From Nitrososphaerota archaeon (GTDB lineage: Archaea > Thermoproteota > Nitrososphaeria_A > Caldarchaeales > JAVZCJ01): a stretch of DNA of 24,000 nucleotides. Position numbers and translations under genes: made by a program. The stretch lies in NCBI GenBank assembly GCA_038874475.1, contig JAVZCJ010000004.1, positions 105,493 to 129,492 on the forward strand. Direction: 5' to 3'. Within the stretch, counting starts at the first letter, position 1. Each line of letters opens with the position of its first letter. Below the pieces are notes generated by a model, which saw nothing but the letters and a program-made list of their open reading frames with translations, did not search any database and had not been told where the DNA came from. Shown here in pieces: positions 1 to 7,677 of this stretch.

Positions 1-513
1 ATTTCCCCCTGTAGCATATATATGCTTACCTATAGGAGTTAAGTTTAATAAATAATAAGTCAGAAAACTTACTATTATTAATAAAATAAATACTATCGGG
101 ATATTAAGTATAGCTCCTTGTCCTAAGAAAATCAATGTTTCATTTTGAGTAACATCTATACCTATTGGAAAGCCGGAAGTTGAATATTGAGCTATCCCAC
201 GAGCGGTAGTTAAGGTAATTAATGTTATTAGAAAAGATGGTATGCTTGATGGTAATGGTGGTGAAAATTTATTTATGAAAAATGAATGCCACAATCCAAT
301 AAATATTGAGAAAATAATTGTTATTAATGATGCTACGAACCAATGTATACCGACATTTGTCATTAATGCAGCCAATACCATTCCATTAAGAGCCACCATA
401 GAACCTATAGATAGATCAAGGCCACCGCTTATTATTATAATTGCTTCTCCAACAGCCAACAAAGCCATCGTTGCAAAATGCCTTAGTAATATATGAAGGT
501 TCATAGGGTTCAT
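1..513 (-). CDS. ABC transporter permease, RbsC/monosaccharide (CUT2) type; C-terminal part lies beyond the window edge
   Basis: The ORF track shows only the antisense ORF 242..496. Minus-strand translation reads ..FMNPMNLHILLRHFATMALLAVGEAIIIISGGLDLSIGSMVALNGMVLAALMTNVGIHWFVASLITIIFSIFIGLWHSFFINKF..TTARGIAQYSTSGFPIG..IGKHIYATGGN. The GG(I/L)DLS(I/V)GS block and multi-TM pattern are typical of this family. The first in-frame ATG is at 513, but the frame stays open and hydrophobic up to 609 (see finding). Confidence 0.75.
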   Translation of the reverse strand, partial: MNPMNLHILLRHFATMALLAVGEAIIIISGGLDLSIGSMVALNGMVLAALMTNVGIHWFVASLITIIFSIFIGLWHSFFINKFSPPLPSSIPSFLITLITLTTARGIAQYSTSGFPIGIDVTQNETLIFLGQGAILNIPIVFILLIIVSFLTYYLLNLTPIGKHIYATGGN

Positions 514-753
514 AAATACCGGGTTAAGATATGAGAAAATAGAGAATAGAAATATGAAAACAATGAAAAGAAAAAAAAGATGAGTAAATCTTATATTTTT
601 CAGAGTATTTCACCACCTATTTAATGATTATTTTACTATGTTAGTTTATATAAATTTTTAAGTTATATAAACCATCAATTTATAAATGAGCTATGAAAAA
701 TCTCTAAATAAAAATTTATATATTTATCTATTTATTTTTTTCTAACATATAAG

Positions 754-1674
754 GTGTTATCTTTGTCAGAATATAAATCTAGATTTTCTATTCCAATATA
801 TAATAAATTTAAAAAGAAAATTTATTTAGATCAAATGACTATTAATGAAATTAAAGAAAGAATAAAAGAAAATGATATAATAATCGTTCCTTGTGGTTCT
901 ATTGAAAATCATGGTCCACCAGCTCCAGTTGGAGAAGATACTTTAATTGGAACATACATTGCTGAAAGAATTGCGTACGATACTGGCATAACTGTCGCTC
1001 CTCCAGTAATATATGGAAGTCACCCATCACATCATTATGGAATGATTGGAACAATTCCAATAGATAAAGAAGCATATGTTGGCTACGTTAGATCTGTTGT
1101 TAAATGGTTAAGCAATACTGGTTTCAAGAAAATAATTCTTTTCAACTCTCATGGACAAGAATATGTTTTACCAATCGTAAAAGATGAAGCTATAATAAAA
1201 GATGGAGTTCATGCAATAATATTTGTTACTAGTTGGTGGTCTTGGGTTAGGGATTTACTTCAAGTTGGAAAAGAATTAGCTCCTGGAATTGAATTAGAAA
1301 CACCATTCATTCATGCAGATGAAGTGGAAACATCTGTTGTACTTTATGTAGCTCAAGAATTATGTGATAAATCTAAATTACCAATTTCTAAAGTAGAGAA
1401 AATAGTTGGATTAATGCCAGATAAATGGATTGATAAAGCTGGAAATGTATATGGTAGACCATTTGGATGGTATGATGTGTCAGGTTACATGGAAATACAT
1501 CATTATCCAATAGGTGTAGTAGGAGATGCTAGTAAAGCAAGCGTAGAGAAAGGAAAAATAATTGTAGAAGAAACAATAAAAAGAATAATAGAATTTATAG
1601 AGTGGCTTAAAAAAACTTATCCTTCAGGAAATGTTCCTAAAGTGTGGCCAGAAAAAGAAGATTTTAAATATTAA
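754..1674 (+). CDS. creatininase-family amidohydrolase
   Basis: The track ORF contains GSIENHGPPAPVGEDT, a variant of the creatininase-family GxxExHGxHxPxxTD metal-binding block, plus the later SHGQ and HADEVETS motifs. The track start is a GTG. The ATG at 835 (MTINEIKERI..) is a more likely start. Confidence 0.7.
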   Translation: MLSLSEYKSRFSIPIYNKFKKKIYLDQMTINEIKERIKENDIIIVPCGSIENHGPPAPVGEDTLIGTYIAERIAYDTGITVAPPVIYGSHPSHHYGMIGTIPIDKEAYVGYVRSVVKWLSNTGFKKIILFNSHGQEYVLPIVKDEAIIKDGVHAIIFVTSWWSWVRDLLQVGKELAPGIELETPFIHADEVETSVVLYVAQELCDKSKLPISKVEKIVGLMPDKWIDKAGNVYGRPFGWYDVSGYMEIHHYPIGVVGDASKASVEKGKIIVEETIKRIIEFIEWLKKTYPSGNVPKVWPEKEDFKY

Positions 1675-1773
1675 ATTTACTTATTTCATGATAACTTTTA
1701 ATCTCTCATTGAATATAGTGATATAACTTATTTAAAAATTAAAAGATAAATTAAATTATTATCTTTAAAAACA

Positions 1774-2532
1774 TTAAGGTGTTGTCTCTATCTTAACTCC
1801 TAGCATCATTTTAATAATTTCATCTAAAGTTGTTTCTTCCTTATATCTTTCACCAATTTTCTCTCCAGCTCTTAAAACCATTATACGGTCAGCTATAGAG
1901 AAAATTTCGGGCAATCTATGACTTATCATAATAATTGATATCCCGCGCTCTTCTCTAAGTTTCTTTATAGTTTTAAGTAAACTTTCTGTTGCTGCTATAG
2001 ATAAACTAGCTGTTGGTTCATCCAAAATAAGAACCTTTGGATTCCATAATAATGCTCTTCCAATGCTTACTGCTTGTCTTTGTCCTCCTGAAAACATTCT
2101 AATTTTTCTCTTTAAATCACTACTTTTCATTTTAATATTTAAATCCTCTTCTAAAATAGTGAGAGCTTTTTGATTCATAGTCTTCCTATCTAAAACTTTG
2201 AATGGCCTAGTTAATTCTTTTCCCAGAAACATATTTTCCACGACATCAAGAGTTGGAACGAGAGCCATATCTTGAAAAATCATTTCAATTCCAATCTTCC
2301 TAGCTTCAGATGGTGTATAATTAGAGGTATCAATTTTCTCTCCATCTACATATATTTCTCCCTCATCAGGTACATATAATCCAATTAAAATTTTCATTAA
2401 AGTGGATTTTCCAGCTGCATTATCTCCAACTAAACCAAGGATTTCTCTCTTCTCTAATGTTAAATTCACTTTATTAAGGGCTCTTATTGTTCCAAAATAT
2501 TTCGTTATATTTTTCATTTCAATTAATGCCAT
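1774..2532 (-). CDS. ABC transporter ATP-binding protein (single-domain, sugar/CUT2-like)
   Basis: Walker A GDNAAGKST, signature FSGGQRQ, Walker B LILDEPT and H-loop ISHRL are all present in the 252-aa ORF. Confidence 0.9.
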   Translation of the reverse strand: MALIEMKNITKYFGTIRALNKVNLTLEKREILGLVGDNAAGKSTLMKILIGLYVPDEGEIYVDGEKIDTSNYTPSEARKIGIEMIFQDMALVPTLDVVENMFLGKELTRPFKVLDRKTMNQKALTILEEDLNIKMKSSDLKRKIRMFSGGQRQAVSIGRALLWNPKVLILDEPTASLSIAATESLLKTIKKLREERGISIIMISHRLPEIFSIADRIMVLRAGEKIGERYKEETTLDEIIKMMLGVKIETTP

Positions 2533-2693
2533 ATTCTTCGATTAAAAAACTGAAATCTTATATATAAAAATTTTTATTTATGTTTCCCATAATAATCTTT
2601 AGAAACAGAATTAATTCTTTATAAAATAAAACTTTAATGATATTATAAAGAAAAGTTAAAATCTTTCTGAAAAATCTCTTTTTATGATTAAAA

Positions 2694-3077
2694 ATGGGTG
2701 GAGTATTTATAAAAAATGTTATGGATTTTAAACCATATAACTTAACTAATCCAAATAGAACTGTTAGAATACTTGTTAATAAAGAAAATTGTGGAGCTGA
2801 AAAGCTTTCAGCTGGATTTACTATGATAGACCCTTTGAGCAGTACACCTTTCCATTCTCATGATAATGAAGAAGAATTTATGTATATTATAAAAGGAAAA
2901 GGAAGATTTATAACGGAGAAAGAAGAATATAATCTTGCAGATAATACTATTATATTTGTTAAACCTGGTATTAAACATAAAATAGAAAATATTGAGAATT
3001 CTCCATTATGGTTTGTATTTATTTATTCTCCACCTGGACCCGAAAGGGATATATATAAATATGTTAAAAAATTATGA
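2694..3077 (+). CDS. cupin domain protein
   Basis: Cupin motif 1 is PFHSHDNEEEFMYIIKGKG (HxH..E..G). Motif 2 is VKPGIKHKIEN (PxG..H...N). The size is a small 127 aa. Confidence 0.75.
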   Translation: MGGVFIKNVMDFKPYNLTNPNRTVRILVNKENCGAEKLSAGFTMIDPLSSTPFHSHDNEEEFMYIIKGKGRFITEKEEYNLADNTIIFVKPGIKHKIENIENSPLWFVFIYSPPGPERDIYKYVKKL

Positions 3078-3115
3078 ATCTTTTATGATATTGCTAAATA
3101 TATTAATTTTTTCTA

Positions 3116-3352
3116 TTAAAAATATATAAAATAAAATTTTATAATTATGGTTATTCCAGTTAAGTAAGCATTTGCTTTTTTTTCAAAATTATTAGTTGTT
3201 GCCCAAAATGCAGAAATAAGATTAAACCAATAAAAAAGGGAATATTTAAGAAGTGCCCTATACGTGGATGCACATGGTATGATAGTGAAGGTGAAGGAGG
3301 GGAAAAGTAGAATATTTATCATATTAGGAATATGTTTAGAATGTTGATACAA
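3116..3352 (-). CDS. hypothetical small membrane protein (uncertain)
   Basis: A 78-codon ORF lies alone in an otherwise empty intergenic gap and has 2-3 hydrophobic segments. No recognisable motif. An ORF this long is unusual by chance in such AT-rich DNA, but there is no other support. Confidence 0.3.
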   Translation of the reverse strand: MYQHSKHIPNMINILLFPSFTFTIIPCASTYRALLKYSLFYWFNLISAFWATTNNFEKKANAYLTGITIIIKFYFIYF

Positions 3353-3375
3353 TAAATTTAATTGGAGAAAAGCAT

Positions 3376-4071
3376 ATGAAAGATAAAATCATTCTTTCTT
3401 GGAGCGGGGGCAAAGATAGCGCCTTTTCTTTATATAAAATTATGAATGAAAATGAATTAGAATGTGTAGGATTATTAACAACATTTACTAAAGAATATGA
3501 TAGAGTTACTATGCATGGTGTAAGACGTTCATTAATAGAAAAGCAAGCGTCTTTACTTAATATTCCATTAGATATAGTTTATATTCCAAAAAATTGTTCA
3601 ATGGAAGAATATGGTACAATAATGAGAAATGTTTTAAGAAAATATAAAGAGAAAGGAATAAAAGGATTTGTTTTTGGTGATATTTTCCTTGAAGATGTAA
3701 GAAGCTATAGAGAGAAAATGCTTTTTTATGAAGGATTTAAAGGATATTTTCCACTTTGGGGAGAAGATACTAGAGAATTAGTTCTACAATTTATTAGGCT
3801 AGGTTTTAAAGCTATTATAACTTGCGTAGATGAGGAGGTTCTTAGTTCATCATGTGTAGGAAGAGAATTGAATGAAAATTTTCTAAAAGAAATCCCACCT
3901 AATATTGATCCTGCTGGTGAAAATGGAGAATACCATTGCTTTGTGTATGATGGCCCATTATTTAGTGAACCCATAAATATAAAAATTGGAGAAATAGTAA
4001 AACAAAACGTACAAGGAAAAACATTTTATTATTGTGACATTTTTCTTGAAGATGAATATTATAGTTATTAA
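3376..4071 (+). CDS. PP-loop ATP pyrophosphatase, Dph6/MJ0570 family (putative diphthine-ammonia ligase)
   Basis: N-terminal PP-loop SWSGGKDS. The C-terminal GENGEYHCFVYDGPLF block is characteristic of the COG2102/Dph6-type family. GGAG lies 9 nt upstream of the ATG. Confidence 0.7.
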   Translation: MKDKIILSWSGGKDSAFSLYKIMNENELECVGLLTTFTKEYDRVTMHGVRRSLIEKQASLLNIPLDIVYIPKNCSMEEYGTIMRNVLRKYKEKGIKGFVFGDIFLEDVRSYREKMLFYEGFKGYFPLWGEDTRELVLQFIRLGFKAIITCVDEEVLSSSCVGRELNENFLKEIPPNIDPAGENGEYHCFVYDGPLFSEPINIKIGEIVKQNVQGKTFYYCDIFLEDEYYSY

Positions 4072-4368
4072 TTTAGAAGATCACCAAAAAATTTTTGATT
4101 TCAATATTTATTAAATTTATTTCTACAAATTTATAAGAGAGATATTATAGAAAAAAGAGCCTTAAAATTTAATAATCATGAAAAATTAAATATCTCTTAA
4201 TTATTTCTTTATTTATTTTTTTAAAAATTTTGTAGAGTAGCTGAAGTTTAAAAAAATTAATAATTATTGAAAGCTGGTCTATCACTAGTTTTAAAATCTG
4301 GTCTACGGCATTATTTACAATTTTTAATGAAAAAATTAATAAGACTCTTTTTTTTAATAATTATTCTA

Positions 4369-4443
<75 letters not shown>

Positions 4444-4891
4444 TAATGTTTATATGAAATACTTTATTTCTTAAAAATAAATTTTCTATCAAATAAAGAT
4501 TCTTTTTTATGAAATCAAGCTAAAAGTAGTAAGTATGAACTATTAAATAAGTTTATATTTTTTTAGAATATTTCTAATCATACTAAATATGCTGGGAGAG
4601 AAAAGTAGAAAGAGAGAGAATTGGGATTTAATCGCACAAAATACTAAAAGAGAATTTTCTCATATTTTTATGTAGCGTCCAATTATTACTTATTTCTATT
4701 TTTAAATTCTTTTAATTCTTCTAAATTTCTTAATCATCTTTCTTATCTTGTTTATTTCATTATATTTTTAAACTAATTGTTCCTTCTAATCTGGTAAAGC
4801 TTCTTATTGCCAATTTCTACTATTCAAGATTTGCAGCAAAAACTTTTATGCAATATTCTTTCTTACCTTCTTGCTCTTCAAATATTTTTAT

Positions 4892-4956
4892 AATGGTAAA
4901 AAAATTTCACTAAATGGTGAAACATTTAAATATAAGAAAAATATTAAAAGTGAAAG
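4892..4956 (+). promoter_or_regulatory. candidate promoter/operator of the wHTH-NTase operon
   Basis: The TATA-like tttaaatata at 4925..4934 is centred about 27 nt before the ATG at 4957, which implies a leaderless or near-leaderless mRNA. Directly upstream is the inverted repeat tttcac(4905..4910)/gtgaaa(4917..4922). The direct repeat aatggt occurs at 4892 and 4913, 21 bp apart. A third gtgaaa sits at 4950..4955. Confidence 0.35.
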
Positions 4957-5574
4957 ATGAAGAAAGAAGAAAAAATACTTAGAGAAATTTTAATTGGAAT
5001 AAAAGAAGGAAAAGAAACTTTTTTTCAAAAAGAAATATCTGAAAAATGCAATGTTTCTATAGGCTTAGTTAATAAAGTTATAAAAAAACTAGAATTACAA
5101 AATTCTTTACAAAGGAAAAATAAAGGATTTTCTATTATAGATCCTAGCAAAATTTTATTATACTGGGCAATAAAAAGACAAATTAAAAAAGAAATAAATG
5201 AAAAATATTATATTAAGAGCACAATTGAAACAATTGAAAAAACCTTGCCTGCTTGTGCTATATTTACCGCATTTTCTGCTTGGAAGCTTTTAACTGGAAG
5301 AGTTCCAGCAGATTATAGAGAAGTTTACATTTATGTTCCTAAAAAAGAAGAAAAAATGATTAAACTATGGTTAAAAGAAAATAAAATATTCAAAGGGCCT
5401 GAAAACCTTTTTATAATTTATATTAATGATGAACATTTGATAAAAAATTCAAAGAAAAACATAGCACCATTACCACAAATATTTGTAGATTTATATTCAA
5501 TTGGTGGAATAAGTAGTAAGTATTTTTTAAAAGATATTCTTGAAACAAATCCTGAATTTAAATTTGAGGTATGA
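4957..5574 (+). CDS. winged-helix DNA-binding protein, AbiEi-antitoxin-like
   Basis: N-terminal HTH-like segment FQKEISEKCNVSIGLVNKVIKKLE. The C-terminal part (IFTAFSAWKLLTGRVPADYREVYIYVP ... APLPQIFVDLYSIGG) resembles the AbiEi/COG5340 C-terminal domain pattern. The stop overlaps the next gene's start by 4 bp (ATGA). Confidence 0.5.
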   Translation: MKKEEKILREILIGIKEGKETFFQKEISEKCNVSIGLVNKVIKKLELQNSLQRKNKGFSIIDPSKILLYWAIKRQIKKEINEKYYIKSTIETIEKTLPACAIFTAFSAWKLLTGRVPADYREVYIYVPKKEEKMIKLWLKENKIFKGPENLFIIYINDEHLIKNSKKNIAPLPQIFVDLYSIGGISSKYFLKDILETNPEFKFEV

Positions 5575-6218
5575 ATATGGAATTATGGAATGAAAAAGCT
5601 ATAGAAAAAAGTGAAAGAATATTAAATGAATTGAAGAAAATTTCAGATTTTGTTTTGGTTGGCGGATGGGCAGTTTTTTTATGGACAAAAGCTATAAAAT
5701 CTATAGATATTGATATTTATATGAATTTTGAAAATTTTTATAAAATCCAATCGATTTTAATTGAAAAAGGAATTTTCATTAATTTTAATCCAAAGCTTAA
5801 AAAATATAGCACAAAAATTGAAGAAGTAGATATTGATATTTATACTCCTGATCAATGTGGATTGGTAATACCATGTAAAGATGTTTTCAAAAATAAATGG
5901 TTTGAAACAATAGGAAGGTTTAAAGTTTTAAAAGCAGAACCTTTAATGTTACTTAAACTTGATGCTGAAAGTAAAAGGTCAAGTACCATAAAAGGATTTA
6001 AAGATAGATGTGATATTCTTGCCTTAATTACAAAATTGGATTTGGATACAAATTTTCTTAATTATTTATTCAAAAAATATAATGCTTTTACTCTTAAAAA
6101 AAGGCTAATAAAAATTGTGAAAGATTCTTCAGAAGAATATAAATATGCATTACAAAAAACAATCATTCCAAGCAAGCTTAAGAAATTAAAGAAAGAAATT
6201 ATTTCAAAGATAAGTTAA
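5571..6218 (+). CDS. minimal Pol-beta-fold nucleotidyltransferase, AbiEii-toxin-like
   Basis: VLVGGWAVFLWTKAIKSIDIDIY fits the hG[GS]-x(9-13)-Dh[DE]h NTase signature. A second acidic block, VDIDIYTP, lies downstream. The gene is translationally coupled to the wHTH gene. Its last 80 bp are repeated at 9949..10028. Confidence 0.5.
   Translation: MNMELWNEKAIEKSERILNELKKISDFVLVGGWAVFLWTKAIKSIDIDIYMNFENFYKIQSILIEKGIFINFNPKLKKYSTKIEEVDIDIYTPDQCGLVIPCKDVFKNKWFETIGRFKVLKAEPLMLLKLDAESKRSSTIKGFKDRCDILALITKLDLDTNFLNYLFKKYNAFTLKKRLIKIVKDSSEEYKYALQKTIIPSKLKKLKKEIISKIS
6139..6218 (+). repeat. 80-bp direct repeat, copy 1 (3' end of the NTase CDS including its stop codon)
   Basis: A base-by-base comparison with 9949..10028 shows 80/80 identity. 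Mismatches occur immediately outside both ends. Confidence 0.95.
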
Positions 6219-6520
6219 GTATAAAAATATTATAAATGATAATTTAGATAAGACATTAAAAGTACTATTGTTAAAATGATGGTAATTACAAAAATTATGA
6301 TATTCTGAAAAATAGATTCTGTTTTTATACATTTTCTCTTCATTATTTAATCTCTCTTATCAAAAAGTATATTCTTATTATTTCCTTTCTTGCCTGTTTT
6401 TCAAATTTCCTACTCTATTCCTAAAGTTCCTTTTGTTATATTCCAGCATAATTTTTTCTCTATACATAGAATAATGAATTAAATTATTATAAAATTAAAA
6501 AAGTTTTATCTTAAATATGA

Positions 6521-6634
6521 TGCGGAGGGTGGGATTTGAACCCACGAGACCCCTATGGGATTCTCCATATTCTTCCGGAGCCTCACTCCGGGAAATTCTG
6601 TCCGGCGCTCTTGACCAAGCTAAGCGACCTCCGC
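6521..6634 (-). tRNA. tRNA-Leu (anticodon GAG), class II, with two predicted 14-nt introns (6586..6599 and 6561..6574)
   Basis: The minus strand reads GCGGAGG-U-C-GCUU-AGCUUGGUCAA-GAGC-G-CCGGA-C[AGAAUUUCCCGGAG]UGAGGC-UCCGG[AAGAAUAUGGAGAA]UCCCAUAGGGGUCUC-GUGGG-UUCAAAU-CCCAC-CCUCCGC-A. The Leu-type D-loop and long variable arm (CCC-AUA-GGG) are present. Removing the two bracketed segments yields a perfect anticodon arm with loop CUGAGGC. Confidence 0.8.
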
Positions 6635-6785
6635 AATACCAATTTTATTTTTAGTAGTTAGATGTATATATTTTTAATAATCTTTAAAAATAATATGGCA
6701 ATTAATAAATTTTTAAATAAAACCATCAATAATAAAATTTCTTAAAATAAAAAAATTTATTAACATTAATATAATCGCTAATAAT

Positions 6786-6859
6786 GGGCTGGTAGATCAG
6801 TCTGGAAGATCGCCCCGCTCGCACCGGGGAGGTCGCGCGTTCAAATCGCGCCCAGTCCA
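6786..6859 (+). tRNA. tRNA-Ala (anticodon CGC), no intron
   Basis: GGGCUGG-UA-GAUC-AGUCUGGAA-GAUC-G-CCCCG-CUCGCAC-CGGGG-AGGUC-GCGCG-UUCAAAU-CGCGC-CCAGUCC-A. The G3:U70 alanine identity pair is present. Confidence 0.92.
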
Positions 6860-6987
6860 TAAAATTTTTCACTCTTAAAAATTATCATTTAAGTAATGAA
6901 GTATTATCTATTTTTAAACTATTTTTTTCTATATTAAACTTAAGGAAATTTTTTAAAAACATTAATCAATATCTGTTTAATAGATGG

Positions 6988-7351
6988 TTGATTATAGGTC
7001 ATACTATTGCTAAAATTAAGATTTATAATCCTAAATACGAATCTCTAAGCTTAGAGCTTGAATTGTTAGTTGATACTGGTTCAACTTATACTTGGATTGC
7101 ATTTGAAAAACTTATAAAATTTAAAGTTAAACGATTAGGAGGAGTTTCAAAACTCTAGATAATAGAATTATTAAACGTGATATTGGCGAAGTAATAATTG
7201 AATATTTAGGTAGAAGAGCTATAACAATAGTAGTTTTGCTGAGAAAGAAGATAATGAAGTTTTAGGATTACATGCTTTAGAAGATTTAAGACTTGAGGTA
7301 GATCCAATAACGAAACAACTTAAAGGATCCGAAGCAATATTAACACTATAA
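6988..7351 (+). pseudogene. retropepsin-like (clan AA) aspartic protease, disrupted by two frameshifts
   Basis: Three consecutive frames together give (M)IIGHTIAKIKIYNPKYESLSLELELLVDTGSTYTWIAFEKLIKFKVK / TIRRSFKTLDNRIIKRDIGEVIIEYLGRRAITIVV / FAEKEDNEVLGLHALEDLRLEVDPITKQLKGSEAILTL*. The catalytic DTGS motif and the overall layout match small archaeal single-domain aspartic proteases. The shifts lie near 7128..7135 and in the T4 run at 7234..7237. Confidence 0.6.
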
Positions 7352-7629
7352 TTGAATTATAAACTGTATAATTTTTATTTCTTTTCTAATCTTTCTCTAA
7401 AATTTTTTATCTTTTGGAAGTGAAATAAATACACGACTTTCACTAATTCATTAACAAACATAGTAACATTATATTTACCAGCAATTATTAGAAATTGAAT
7501 TTTGATATTAAGCTTTTTTCATTTATTCTATCAACTTAATACGATTAATTAATTTTTCATCATGTCTTGTTTTTTAACTATTATAAAAAACTTATATTAT
7601 ACGTAGATAAATGAATTTTTTAATATATA

Positions 7630-7677
7630 GGCGATGAAGCTCGCCTTTAACCGCCCTTGCTTCAATATTGCGAGGGC
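7630..7677 (+). other. GC-rich double hairpin upstream of, or overlapping, the start of the toroid-protein gene
   Basis: Hairpin 1 is ggcga(7630..7634)/tcgcc(7641..7645) with a 6-nt loop. Hairpin 2 is gcccttgc(7653..7660)/gcgagggc(7670..7677), 8 bp including one G-U, with a 9-nt loop. It is preceded by the strong TATA-like ttttttaatatata (7616..7629). Function is unknown. Confidence 0.4.

Noticed and set aside
242-496. 84-aa plus-strand ORF from the track
   Set aside because: It lies entirely antisense to a well-supported RbsC-type permease frame (GGLDLSIGS motif on the minus strand). Its own translation has no recognisable features.
3726-3974. 82-aa minus-strand ORF inside the Dph6-like gene
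   Set aside because: It is antisense to a motif-supported CDS. This is a typical shadow ORF.
4444-4956. Search for an integrase remnant or a tRNA-Gly 3'-end direct repeat downstream of tRNA-Gly
   Set aside because: No second copy of the tRNA-Gly 3' end was found anywhere in the window. Only very short ORFs are present (for example the 28-aa MLGEKSRKRENWDLIAQNTKREFSHIFM), and none has integrase motifs.
6230-6343. 37-aa minus-strand ORF MKRKCIKTESIFQNIIIFVITIILTIVLLMSYLNYHL (basic N-terminus + one TM, type I toxin-like) abutting repeat copy 1
   Set aside because: It is short enough to occur by chance in AT-rich DNA. No promoter, SD or antisense-RNA evidence could be established from the sequence alone.
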